NCBI RefSeq assembly: GCF_000007005.1
Contig: NC_002754.1
DNA: 64,000 nucleotides
Origin: Saccharolobus solfataricus P2
GTDB taxonomy: Archaea > Thermoproteota > Thermoprotei_A > Sulfolobales > Sulfolobaceae
Reading direction: 5' to 3' (one strand)
The position numbers and the translations under genes are program-made. The stretch's first letter is position 1, and every line of letters begins with the position of its first letter. Below the pieces are notes generated by a model. The model saw only the letters and a program-made list of their open reading frames with translations. It was not told the DNA's origin and made no database searches. Below, one piece after another: positions 48,460-58,885 of the stretch.

Positions 48460-50579
48460 ATCTTCTCCCTATAGAGATGGACGAGATTCGAAAAAGACTA
48501 GGTAGAGAACCTAATGAGACCGAATGGAGAGTTATTGATGCAGTATGGTCAGAGCATTGCTCTTATAAATCATCTAAAATCTTCTTAAAGAGCTTTTCCA
48601 TAGATAGTCCTAATGTTATAATGGGCATAAAAGACTGGCAAGATGCTGGAGCGGTAGATATAGGAGATGGATGGGCAGTAGTAATAAAGGTTGAAAGCCA
48701 TAACCATCCTTCTGCCATTGATCCATTCAATGGTGCTGCAACTGGTGTAGGAGGAATAATAAGGGACATTATTAGCAAGGGGGCAAAGCCAATTGCACTT
48801 ATGGACATGATAAGGGTTGGAAATCTGAAAATAAAGAAAAACGTATGGTTGCTTAAGAACATAATTGCAGGGATTGCGGCTTATGGCAATAGTATTGGAG
48901 TCCCGGTAGTTGGTGGAGAATTATCATTCGATGATACATATAATGATAATCCGCTAGTAGATGTAGCAGCGATCGGAATAGTTAGAAAAGACAAGATAAA
49001 ACCAAGTATTGTAGATAAAGCGGGACTTAAATTAGTGTTAGCTGGACTAACCGGAGTTGATGGTTTAGGCGGAGCTTCATTTGCGTCTAGAAAGTTAAGT
49101 GGTGAAGACGAAATTGGAGCAGTACAGATAGCTGATCCTTTTGCTGGGAAAATTATATTGGATGTAACCTTAGAAATCGCTGATAAAGTAGAGGCTATTA
49201 AAGACTTAGGTGGTGGAGGGCTAGCAGTTGCTGTAACTGAGATAACAAACGGACTTGGTGCTACAGTAGATATAGAGAAAATTCCATTACGTGTAAAAAA
49301 TATGAATCCGTCAGATGTAATCATATCTGAAACACAAGAGAGAATGTTATATGCAGTGGAGGAGAAAAACGTTAAGGAAGTTTGCGAAGCTTTTGAAGAA
49401 TACGAATACCCTTGCAGTGTAATAGGTGAGATAACTAATGAACCAGTAATTAAGTTTAGATATATTGGTAAAGATCTCGTCTCCCTACCCACAAACGTAT
49501 TATTAAACCCGCCGAGGTTTTTATGGCCAATAAAAAACACTAAGAAAAATGTTGAAGAGAAAATTGTTGATTTACCGTTAGAAAGTGCAATTTATACTGT
49601 ATTAACACATCCAGATTTAGTAAGTAAAGGATGGGCCTATTCACAGTTTGATTATGAAGTAAATACCTCAACAGTAGTTAAACCCGGTGATGCTGATAGT
49701 GCAGTAGTCTCGCTTCCTAATGGTAAGTTATTGGCGATAAAAGCGGATGCAAATCCTGACATGTGCGCTGAGGATGGATATGAGTGCGGAAAAGGAATAG
49801 TAGCAGAGGCCTATAGGAATTTAGCTACAGTAGGGGCTAGAGGAATGGTAGCAGTTGATCATTTACAGTTTGGGGATCCAAAGAAGGCAGAAGTTTACTA
49901 TACTTTCGTAGAAGCAATAAGAGGTATAGGAGAGGCTACTAGATTCTTTAACATACCTATTGTTGGTGGGAAAGTTTCATTTTATAATGAAAATAATCAA
50001 GGAAGACCAATAAAGCCAACACCTTTAATAGTTATGGCAGGGTTAGTTCAAGATAAATTACTTAAAAATAGAGTGGAAGACAACTTATACGTTGTATCAG
50101 TAGGGTATACGCGAAAAGAATTAGGGGGATCATTATTATCAAAGATATTTAAGATACCTAGTCAAGCTCCTAAAGTAAGATTACAAGAGGATCTGTTATC
50201 TTCTGAGGTAGTAATTGATTCTATAAATGAGGGGAAAATTACATTTGCGAAAGATGTAAGTAGAGGTGGCCTAGCGGCATCTCTTTTTAGCATACTAGTT
50301 CATGGATATGGAGTAGAAATCAGTACTAAGAGTATTTTAAGCGATACTGACAATGTTATAGAGAATCTATTCTCTGAAAGTAGTGGACGTTTCATAGTCT
50401 TAACTAATGAACCAGAATGGATAGTTGAAAAGAGTAAGAGTAAAGGTATTGTAGCATCTATAATAGGAAGGGTCAATAAAAAAACTAATATTTTAACTAT
50501 TGATAATATAGATTATAATCTTAAAAATATAGTTGATAATTACTTTAATTTTCTAGAAGAGGTAATGGGTAATGGATAG
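48450..50579 (+). CDS. purL: FGAM synthase subunit PurL
   Basis: WSEHCSYKSS, ESHNHPS, GATGVGGIIRD, DLGGGG, SETQERM. Confidence 0.97.
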   Translation: MGINLLPIEMDEIRKRLGREPNETEWRVIDAVWSEHCSYKSSKIFLKSFSIDSPNVIMGIKDWQDAGAVDIGDGWAVVIKVESHNHPSAIDPFNGAATGVGGIIRDIISKGAKPIALMDMIRVGNLKIKKNVWLLKNIIAGIAAYGNSIGVPVVGGELSFDDTYNDNPLVDVAAIGIVRKDKIKPSIVDKAGLKLVLAGLTGVDGLGGASFASRKLSGEDEIGAVQIADPFAGKIILDVTLEIADKVEAIKDLGGGGLAVAVTEITNGLGATVDIEKIPLRVKNMNPSDVIISETQERMLYAVEEKNVKEVCEAFEEYEYPCSVIGEITNEPVIKFRYIGKDLVSLPTNVLLNPPRFLWPIKNTKKNVEEKIVDLPLESAIYTVLTHPDLVSKGWAYSQFDYEVNTSTVVKPGDADSAVVSLPNGKLLAIKADANPDMCAEDGYECGKGIVAEAYRNLATVGARGMVAVDHLQFGDPKKAEVYYTFVEAIRGIGEATRFFNIPIVGGKVSFYNENNQGRPIKPTPLIVMAGLVQDKLLKNRVEDNLYVVSVGYTRKELGGSLLSKIFKIPSQAPKVRLQEDLLSSEVVIDSINEGKITFAKDVSRGGLAASLFSILVHGYGVEISTKSILSDTDNVIENLFSESSGRFIVLTNEPEWIVEKSKSKGIVASIIGRVNKKTNILTIDNIDYNLKNIVDNYFNFLEEVMGNG

Positions 50580-51924
50580 CATACGTGATAAATGTGGAGT
50601 CTTTGCTGTATCTAGCCCTAAAGAAGTAAATATTCAACTGGTAGTAGAGGGAATTAGACTACTTCAGCATAGGGGTCAAGAATCTGCAGGAATCGCATAT
50701 GCTGAGAATGGGGAAATATTGACGATTAAGGGATCTGGACTTGTAGACGAAGTATTTAAGGAAAATCTTAATAAATTTATAAAAAATGGAATAGGTCATG
50801 TAAGATATTCAACAAGTGGAAAAAGCTCAATTGAAGAAGCACAGCCTTTAGGCGACTCAAAAATAGTCGTGGCGTTCAATGGGACAATAAGCAACTATTA
50901 CCAGTTTGGATCATTTAGGGTAGATACTGAATTTATATATAAGTTCTTTAAGCAAAAATTGGCCTTTCGCTCTATCCCTGATACTGTAAAGGAATTTATG
51001 AAAGTTGTCGATGGTGGATACTCTGTAGCTATTCTTTTGAATGATGAAGAGATTGTAGTATTTAGAGATCCTAAAGGATTTCATCCAGTTGTATTAGGAT
51101 TTTTAGAAGGATCATTAATAGTTTCCTCGGAGGATTCCGTTATTAGACAACTAGGTGGGAGCGTTTTGAAACATATTCTACCAAGCGAAATGATAATTAT
51201 GAAAAATGGCAAAATATTATATGACAAAGTAATCTATGAGGAGAAAAATTACGCTACTTGTTCCTTCGAATATATATACTTTGCAAGACCAGATTCCAAT
51301 ATAGATGGGCATTCAGTTTACTTAGCTAGGATAAGGTTAGGTGAATTATTAGCAGAAAAACACCCAGCTAACGGAGATATTGTAGTTCCAGTGCCGGACT
51401 CATCAAGGCCAATAGCGCTGGGCTTTTCTAGAAAAAGTCACATACCTTTAGAGGAACCTCTAGTTAGAACAATTTCCTCTGTAAGGTCCTTCATAATGCC
51501 AACTCAAGATAAGAGAAATGAGGTATTAGAAGAGAAATTTGGAGTGGTTGCAGATGCAGTAAGGGGGAAAAGAATAGTTTTAATAGACGACTCAATAGTT
51601 AGGGGAAATACTATGAAGAGAATAATAACTATGTTACGTAAAGCCGGCGCCAAAGAAATTCATGTACGTATAGGATCACCTATGATAAAATACCCTTGTT
51701 ATATGGGAATAGACTTTCCTAAAAGAGAAGAGTTGATTGCGCATAATAAATCTGAAAAAGAAATAGGAAATGAGCTGAACGCTGATTCTATTGAATTTCT
51801 AAGTGTCGAAGAGATGTTACAAGGAATAGGTAGAAGAGACTTATGCAATGCATGCTTTTCTGGGATTTATCCTCTCAAATTTAACTATAATTCTACAGAG
51901 TTAGAAAGAATATTTGGGAAGTGA
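50572..51924 (+). CDS. purF: Amidophosphoribosyltransferase with catalytic Cys after a short propeptide
   Basis: MDSIRDK|CGVF, QHRGQESAG, GHVRYST, IDDSIVRGNT, four Fe-S Cys. Confidence 0.96.
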   Translation: MDSIRDKCGVFAVSSPKEVNIQLVVEGIRLLQHRGQESAGIAYAENGEILTIKGSGLVDEVFKENLNKFIKNGIGHVRYSTSGKSSIEEAQPLGDSKIVVAFNGTISNYYQFGSFRVDTEFIYKFFKQKLAFRSIPDTVKEFMKVVDGGYSVAILLNDEEIVVFRDPKGFHPVVLGFLEGSLIVSSEDSVIRQLGGSVLKHILPSEMIIMKNGKILYDKVIYEEKNYATCSFEYIYFARPDSNIDGHSVYLARIRLGELLAEKHPANGDIVVPVPDSSRPIALGFSRKSHIPLEEPLVRTISSVRSFIMPTQDKRNEVLEEKFGVVADAVRGKRIVLIDDSIVRGNTMKRIITMLRKAGAKEIHVRIGSPMIKYPCYMGIDFPKREELIAHNKSEKEIGNELNADSIEFLSVEEMLQGIGRRDLCNACFSGIYPLKFNYNSTELERIFGK

Positions 51925-51929
51925 TATTA

Positions 51930-53135
51930 ATGGCTGGAATACTAGGTATATTAGCGTTCGATGATGTATGGAATGTATCTAGATTTTTATATTATGGTCT
52001 AATAGGCTTGCAACATAGAGGATATTCTAAAAGTGGAATAGCAATATTGAACAAGCAGAGGAATATATTTACTAAACTAGAGAACGTAGCGCCTGAGGAT
52101 TTAGAAATTAAAGACTTGAATGGATGGGCTGGAATAGGTTATGCTGGAATCAGAAATAGTTATCCCATAACAATAGATAATGGTGCTATAGTCGTTGATG
52201 GGATGATAGATGATAACAATGTTCTTAACCATGTCATAAGAGAGCCAGAAAATGCAATAGATGATATTAAAAAGCCGATCTCGTTCATAGCCATTAGTAA
52301 AGACGGCCAGTTAATAGCCTATAGAGACGAACTAGGACTTAAGCCGTTAAGCATAGGTGGATTTGGATTCGATTTAGCAGTTATTTCCTCCGAACCAACG
52401 TCAATGTTTGTAATAGGGGCTGAGTTCAAAAGGGAAATTAATCCGGGAGAGTTAGTGATCGTTGACAAATATCATATTGAATCCAAACAGGTGAGAATAC
52501 CTAGAAAATCGTATTGTACTATAGAGTACGTATACCAAGCTAGAATAGACAGTATGATCAACGAAAGAGAAATCTATGACCTAAGAGTGAAAATAGGGGA
52601 AGAATTAGCCTTAGAATATCCAATAAATGCTGATTCAGTAATAGGAGTTCCAGAAACCGCATTACCTTTCGCAATAGGCTATTCCAAGAAATTAAATATA
52701 CCATTAGACTTAGGCTTTACGAGGACAGGGAGCCCAATAAGGACAATGTTATCTTCTGATGCTTTCCTAAAAATAGTTGGGGTCCAACTTAAGCTAAACC
52801 CAATAAAAAGTGCAGTAAAAGGAAAGAGAATAATTCTAATAGATGATTCTATGGTCACCGGAACTACCCTTAAAAACACTATATTTAACTTGAGAAAATT
52901 GGGCGCAAAGGAAATCCACGTGCTGATAGGAAGCCCTAAATTAGTCTCACAATGTCCGTACGGAGTTGAAGTCCCCGACGAAAAAGAATTGATCTCAGCT
53001 AATCTTAACGACGAAACTATAGCGAGGGTTTTAGGTGCAGACTCTATACACTGGTTAAGCATAGAAGGATTGTTCAAAGCCATTGGGCATAGGGATCTCT
53101 GCTTAGGATGTATGACTAAAAAATATCCATGGTGA
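51930..53135 (+). CDS. PurF paralogue lacking the N-terminal catalytic Cys
   Basis: Begins MAGILG; QHRG partly kept; GHVRYST and the NG motif replaced; IDDSMVTGTT and Fe-S Cys kept. Confidence 0.88.
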   Translation: MAGILGILAFDDVWNVSRFLYYGLIGLQHRGYSKSGIAILNKQRNIFTKLENVAPEDLEIKDLNGWAGIGYAGIRNSYPITIDNGAIVVDGMIDDNNVLNHVIREPENAIDDIKKPISFIAISKDGQLIAYRDELGLKPLSIGGFGFDLAVISSEPTSMFVIGAEFKREINPGELVIVDKYHIESKQVRIPRKSYCTIEYVYQARIDSMINEREIYDLRVKIGEELALEYPINADSVIGVPETALPFAIGYSKKLNIPLDLGFTRTGSPIRTMLSSDAFLKIVGVQLKLNPIKSAVKGKRIILIDDSMVTGTTLKNTIFNLRKLGAKEIHVLIGSPKLVSQCPYGVEVPDEKELISANLNDETIARVLGADSIHWLSIEGLFKAIGHRDLCLGCMTKKYPW

Positions 53136-53140
53136 GAAAA

Positions 53141-54580
53141 ATGAAAGTATTACTCGTTGGAGATGGAGCTAGAGAAAACGTTCTAGCCTATTCGTTGGCA
53201 AGATCATCTAAAGGTTACAAGATTTACGCACTATCGTCATATATAAATCCCGGGATTAATTCAATAGTGAAAACCACTGGTGCAGAGTATTTTATAGGTA
53301 ACGTAAACTCCCCAGAAGTTATTAAGGAGGTAATTAAGAAAGTAAACCCAGATTTAGGCGTAATTGGACCAGAAGATCCCTTATTCAACGGAATTGCGGA
53401 CATTTTTAGAAAAGAGGGAATATCGGTATTCGGGGCTAGCAAAAAGTGTGCAAGGATAGAGGAGTCTAAGGCATGGGCAAGAGAGTTAATGTGGAAACAT
53501 TCTATTCCAGGAAGATTAAGATATAAGGTATTTTACACAATAGAAGATACTGCAAAGTTCATATTAGAATATGGCGGATCAGTCGCAATAAAACCTGCTG
53601 GGCAAGCTGGAGGAAAAGGGGTTAAGGTAATAGCTGATCTAGAGGCTTATTTAACCCATGATAAGAGAGAGGCACTGACAAAAAGCGTGAATGAAATAGG
53701 GAGTCTATACAATAAGGAAGGTGAGCCGAGAATTATAATAGAGGAGAAAGTTGATGGACCAGAATACACACTTCATGTTTTAAGTGATGGGAAAACAACT
53801 ATCTCCTTACCTTTGGCTCAAGATTATAAGAACGCGTATCAAGACGGAATAGGTCCAGAGACTGGAGGAATGGGATCAATTTCTGGACCTAACGAATTGC
53901 TTCCATTTATCAGCAATGAAGAGTATCAAACAACTTATGATATAGTTAAAAGGACTATGGATGCGATATACAAGGAGACTGGAGAGAGATACGTAGGAGT
54001 TATTGCAGGACAAATGATGTTAACTGAACTTTGGGGACCTACAGTAATTGAGTATTATTCAAGATTTGGTGATCCAGAAGCTTCCGCCATAATTCCAAGA
54101 TTAGAATCTGATTTTGGAGAGACAATTGAGCTCACAGCTACTGGACATTTGAATAAAGCTAGTATAAAAATAAACGAGAAACCTTCTATAGTCAGAGCTG
54201 TTGCTACATTAGGATACCCTATCTCAAAACAAATGGCATCTGGGCATAAGATTGTAGTAGATTTAGAAAAGATGAAAGAGCGCGGATGCGTGGTATTTTT
54301 TGGATCTGTAGCATTAGAGGGAATGCAACTTATAACTAAAGGCTCTAGAGCTTTAGAAATAGTTGCAATAGGAGATTTCGAAGAAGCTGCTGAGAACTTA
54401 GACAGATGTATGCAATATATTAGCAGTGATACTAAATTGATATATAGGACTGATATTGGGAGGACAGTTAAATCTCAAATTGAAAAGGCTGAAATCATAA
54501 GATATTCTTATAAAAATAGAGAAAAAAGAGGGATTCTTGGAGTTTCTGCAGATTGGTCTCCTAATGGTGGGTTATGGTGA
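53141..54580 (+). CDS. purD: Phosphoribosylamine-glycine ligase
   Basis: VGDGARE, GPEDPL, GGKGV, QDYK, ETGGMG, RFGDPE. Confidence 0.96.
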   Translation: MKVLLVGDGARENVLAYSLARSSKGYKIYALSSYINPGINSIVKTTGAEYFIGNVNSPEVIKEVIKKVNPDLGVIGPEDPLFNGIADIFRKEGISVFGASKKCARIEESKAWARELMWKHSIPGRLRYKVFYTIEDTAKFILEYGGSVAIKPAGQAGGKGVKVIADLEAYLTHDKREALTKSVNEIGSLYNKEGEPRIIIEEKVDGPEYTLHVLSDGKTTISLPLAQDYKNAYQDGIGPETGGMGSISGPNELLPFISNEEYQTTYDIVKRTMDAIYKETGERYVGVIAGQMMLTELWGPTVIEYYSRFGDPEASAIIPRLESDFGETIELTATGHLNKASIKINEKPSIVRAVATLGYPISKQMASGHKIVVDLEKMKERGCVVFFGSVALEGMQLITKGSRALEIVAIGDFEEAAENLDRCMQYISSDTKLIYRTDIGRTVKSQIEKAEIIRYSYKNREKRGILGVSADWSPNGGLW

Positions 54581-55545
54581 GTGAGGAGTATAAAAAAGCA
54601 GGAGTTGATTTAGAAAAATTACGTAATTATCATAATATGATTTCTCAAATAATCTCATCTACTTATAAAAATACTATTATAGGAGCGGGACATTATTCTG
54701 GAGTAATAAAAATAGGTAGTCTTAACATAGCGATGCATACTGATGGCGTAGGAACAAAGACTTTTCTAGCATTGCAAACTAGAATAATAAAGCCCGTAGG
54801 AATAGACTGCGTTGCCATGAATGTTAATGATCTGATATGTGTTGGAGCAAAACCAGTTGCCTTAGTGGATTATATTGCGTTAGAAAGGCCGATGGATAAT
54901 GTGGTAAATGAGATCATTGATGGTATTGTTCAGGGTGCTAAAGAGGCTGATGTTGAGGTTATTGGTGGAGAGACTGCTATTATGCCTGATGTGATTAGAG
55001 GATTTGATCTTTCTTGTACTGCAATAGGGGTTGTAGATAAACTGAAAACGGGCGCTGAAATAAGGCCAGGAGATTATGTATTGGGACTAGAAAGCAGTGG
55101 TATACATGCTAACGGTTATTCCCTAGTTAGAAAATTAATAGAAGAAGGTAAGCTTTCGCTAGATGAATATAAAAATGAATTGTTAAAACCAACTAAAATT
55201 TATGTCAAACCAATTTTGGAAGTTATGAATATGATAAAGGGAGCGGCTCACGTAACTGGAGGTGCATTTAGTAAGCTTAAAAGACTTACTAGTTATAAGA
55301 TTGTCTTAAATATGCCAGATCCACCACAGATTTTTAAGACTATCGAAAAAGCAGGGGTCGCTCACGAGGAGATGTATAAAGTTTTCAATATGGGTATAGG
55401 AATTGTCTTATTTGTTTCAGAAGAACTTATGAAGGAAGTAAAAACAAAACTAGAAGGATATGGAACTGTATATGAACTTGGCAGAGTATATAATGGAAAT
55501 GGAATCACTATAAAGACTTATAAGAACGAAATTCTCAGATTATAG
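54574..55545 (+). CDS. purM: AIR synthetase
   Basis: YKKAGVD, TDGVGTK, GGETA, SSGIHANG, AHVTGG, FNMGIG. Confidence 0.97.
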   Translation: MVSEEYKKAGVDLEKLRNYHNMISQIISSTYKNTIIGAGHYSGVIKIGSLNIAMHTDGVGTKTFLALQTRIIKPVGIDCVAMNVNDLICVGAKPVALVDYIALERPMDNVVNEIIDGIVQGAKEADVEVIGGETAIMPDVIRGFDLSCTAIGVVDKLKTGAEIRPGDYVLGLESSGIHANGYSLVRKLIEEGKLSLDEYKNELLKPTKIYVKPILEVMNMIKGAAHVTGGAFSKLKRLTSYKIVLNMPDPPQIFKTIEKAGVAHEEMYKVFNMGIGIVLFVSEELMKEVKTKLEGYGTVYELGRVYNGNGITIKTYKNEILRL

Positions 55546-55576
55546 AATTATGTATATACCTTTTAAACTCTAAAGA

Positions 55577-55603
55577 ATATAGAGGGTTCCAGTGGCTCTA
55601 TAT
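55577..55603. promoter_or_regulatory. Inverted repeat ATATAGAG-N11-CTCTATAT over the predicted TSS and start codon
   Basis: 8-bp arms read directly; TTTTAAA at 55561-55567. Confidence 0.45.
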
Positions 55604-56057
55604 GAAACAAACTGATATAAAGTCTTTAGTAAATTATGTAGCTTTAAAGATACTAGGTGGAAGCGACTATCTAATAGAAGCATTAGAAGAGTACTTAGTG
55701 AAAGGAGAAGGACCTGCTACAGTAGCCTATAAATATAATATTTCAAAACATCAACTCCGTGGCTATGCCCAGAGGATTATCGAAAAAAGCGGAAGTGAAG
55801 GAAAGGCTAAGAAACTCGTACCAATACTTAAAGCTATCTCAGAGGGAATCACACCAATAGTCAAAAAGGAAAATGACGGATCATATGAGTGTTCACTGTG
55901 TAATATTATCATAGCTAAAGAAGATAGTGAAGAGCATATTAGAAAGTACCACAAAGAGATTCTCAATGAAAATATAAATATTATGATGCAAAGACTAGAG
56001 AAAATAAAGAAGGATCTGCAACAAAATAAAGCCGTAATATTTACTTCTGCAAGTTAA
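55602..56057 (+). CDS. Putative HTH plus C2H2 zinc-finger DNA-binding protein
   Basis: GPATVAYKYNISKHQLRGYAQRI HTH-like segment; CSLC-x12-H-x4-H. Confidence 0.7.
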   Translation: MKQTDIKSLVNYVALKILGGSDYLIEALEEYLVKGEGPATVAYKYNISKHQLRGYAQRIIEKSGSEGKAKKLVPILKAISEGITPIVKKENDGSYECSLCNIIIAKEDSEEHIRKYHKEILNENINIMMQRLEKIKKDLQQNKAVIFTSAS

Positions 56058-56149
56058 TGATTTTTTACGTACTATTCGACCTCTTTTTAACAGTTTCCTA
56101 TTAAGAATTATCACTTAGGTTTTTAAAAACCGGTAACATTCTATTATAT

Positions 56150-56287
56150 ATGCGAAAAGTCGTAAGTGTAAGACTAAGGGAAGATATACTGAGGGATGTC
56201 GATATGTATACTAGAAAACTTGGCCTAAATAGTAGAACTGAGTTCATAAAACAAGCAATAGAATTCTATATAAAGAATAAGGGCTAA
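56150..56287 (+). CDS. 45-aa ribbon-helix-helix (CopG-like) protein; absent from the ORF track
   Basis: MRKVVSVRLREDILRDVDMYTRKLGLNSRTEFIKQAIEFYIKNKG*; TTTAAA 28 nt upstream of the ATG. Confidence 0.85.
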   Translation: MRKVVSVRLREDILRDVDMYTRKLGLNSRTEFIKQAIEFYIKNKG

Positions 56288-56449
56288 AGGAAACCTTTAA
56301 CATGCTATTTATCAAGAATCCCTTGTTTTCATGATATCAATTGTTTTTAAGCTTCTTCTTTACCCTTTTTGTGAAATGAAAATAGTCCTTGCATACTCTG
56401 GTGGACTTGATACTACAGTATCGATTAGATGGCTAAAGGAAACCTTTAA
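56282..56449. repeat. Exact 19-bp direct repeat GGCTAAAGGAAACCTTTAA (56282-56300 and 56431-56449) with an internal palindrome
   Basis: Both copies read base by base; core TAAAGG-AAA-CCTTTA. Confidence 0.9.
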
Positions 56450-57551
56450 GGCTGAGATTATAACAGTTACTGTAGATGTTGGTCAAAAGGACGATTTTAA
56501 GAAAATAGAAGAAAGAGCGTATATAGCCGGCGCCTCAAAGCATTATACAATAGACGCTGTTAGGCAATTTGCCAACAATTACATAGCATATGCGATAAAA
56601 TTAAATGGATTATATGAAGGAGTCTATCCGTTGTCAACGGCATTGGCAAGACCATTAATAGCAGAAAAAGTAGTTGAAGTTGCAAAAAAGGAAGGAGCTG
56701 AAGCCGTAGCTCACGGTTCTACATCTAAGGGAAATGATCAAGTGAGATTTGACCTTGCAGTTAAGGCATTATACCCTGACGTTAAGATAATAGCACCAGC
56801 TAGAATATGGAATATGACTAGAGAAGACGAAATAAAATACGCTAAAGAGAAAGGAATACCTATCAAGGTTGAAAGTGACAAATACAGCATAGATGAGAAT
56901 CTTTGGGGAAGAAGTATAGAAGGAGACATAATCTCTGATCCTTCTCTTGAAGTCCCAGAAGATGCCTTTGAATGGACTAAACAGATCTACAATAAAAAGG
57001 AAATAGTCTCTATAGAATTTAGTAATGGAGTTCCTACAGCTGTGAACGGAGAAAAAATGGAATTAAATAAGTTAGTAGATTTTCTAAATTTAAAATTCGG
57101 AAGCCATGGATTTGGAAGGGTAGAACATATAGAAAATAGAGTTGTTGGATTTAAGTCTAGAGAGGTATATGAAGTACCAGCTGCTCTAGGTCTAATTTAC
57201 GCTCATATTGACTTAGAAAAAACTATCTATACTCCAATGGAATTAAGATTCAAAAGACACATAGATCAGTTATGGTCTGATCTAGTATATCAAGGATTAT
57301 GGTTTGAGCCACTAAGAGAGACATTACATAAAGTTGCTGATGAAATGAATAAATGGATTAGCGGAGAAGCGAAGGTTGAAGTTAGTAATGGTTCGTTCAG
57401 AATAGTAGGTAGAGAATCAGAATATTCTCCATATTCTGAAAAAATTGCTAGTTATAACAAAGGATGGTATCCAAGCGACGAAATGGCTAGGGGATTTATA
57501 GAGATTTGGGGAATGCACTCACTAATAGCGAGAAGAGTAAGGGGACTTTGA
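56376..57551 (+). CDS. argG: Argininosuccinate synthase
   Basis: [33 protein letters not shown]; start moved to ATG 56376. Confidence 0.97.
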
Positions 57552-58885
57552 TGTTATATAGAAAATGGGGATCTGAAAAAGACGAAGTAGTTAACTATAC
57601 CTCATCCGTGGATAGCGATAGAGAGATTATTGAAGAAGTGAAATTAACTATGAAGGCACACGTAATTAGTCTTTATTTGACTGGATACCTTGGGAAGGAA
57701 ACCGCTAGAAAGATCCTTGTTGCATTAAACGAGTTTAAAGAAATTGGCCAAGGATATGAGGATATTCATGAAGCATTAGAGGATTTCTTAATAAAGAAAG
57801 TAGGGGAGGATGCCGGATGGATAGGGTTAGGTAGGAGTAGAAATGATCACGTTGCCACAGCTTTAAGACTGAGATTAAGAAATAAGCTAATAGAACTTTT
57901 AACTGACATTAATAGCTTGAGAAAAATACTATTGGATAAAGCAAAAGAGCATATAACAACAATATTTCCCTCATATACACATTTACAATTAGCACAACCC
58001 ACAACATTTGCCCACTACCTAACTTACATTGAAGAGGAGTTAGCTTCGAGGTGGGAAATAATATTTTCCACGTTAAAACAAGTTAATAAATCGCCATTAG
58101 GCTCTGGAGCAATAGTAGGGACAAACGTTAAGATTGATAGAGAAAAAGAAGCCGAACTATTAGGATTTGACAGTATAATATACAATACATTATCAGCTAC
58201 TTCATCGAGAGCGGATATTCTCAGCACGATCTCGGAATTAACTGTATTAATGGTAGTACTAAGCAGAATAGCTGAGGATTTAATTTTCTTTTCGTCAAAT
58301 AAATTAATTAAATTACCAGACTCTCATGTTAGCACTAGCAGTTTGATGCCCCAAAAGAGAAATCCAGTTACAATGGAGATACTACGAGCAAAGGCAGCGG
58401 AGTCTATAGGTATGCTAACTAGTTTGCTTTCCATTTACAAAGGTTTACCTACTGGATACAATCTTGATTTACAAGAGATGAATAAATATTATTGGCTTGT
58501 AATAAACTATACTAAATCTTCAATAGGAGTTTTAAGCTCACTCTTTAGTCAAATACAAGTAAATAAAATAAACATTGATGAATCTAGTTTGGCCACTGAT
58601 GACGCTGAATTACTTTCCATAAGTAAGAAAGTACCTTATAGATCGACCTACTTTGAGATAGCTAAAAAAGTTAGGGAAGGTTCTTATAAGTCAACTTTAA
58701 AAATAGAGGATTCTATTAATATGAAGGCAGTAATCGGGTCTCCTAATTTTGATTTAATGGCTAATTTGATAAAAATTAGAGAAACTAAATTGAAAGAAGA
58801 TGAAAAGGAAATCGAGGAGTATAAGTTAAAAATAATCTCCAAATTAGGAGAATTACAAGTGATCGAAAATGAAATTGGAGAATAA
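57551..58885 (+). CDS. argH: Argininosuccinate lyase
   Basis: [30 protein letters not shown]. Confidence 0.96.
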
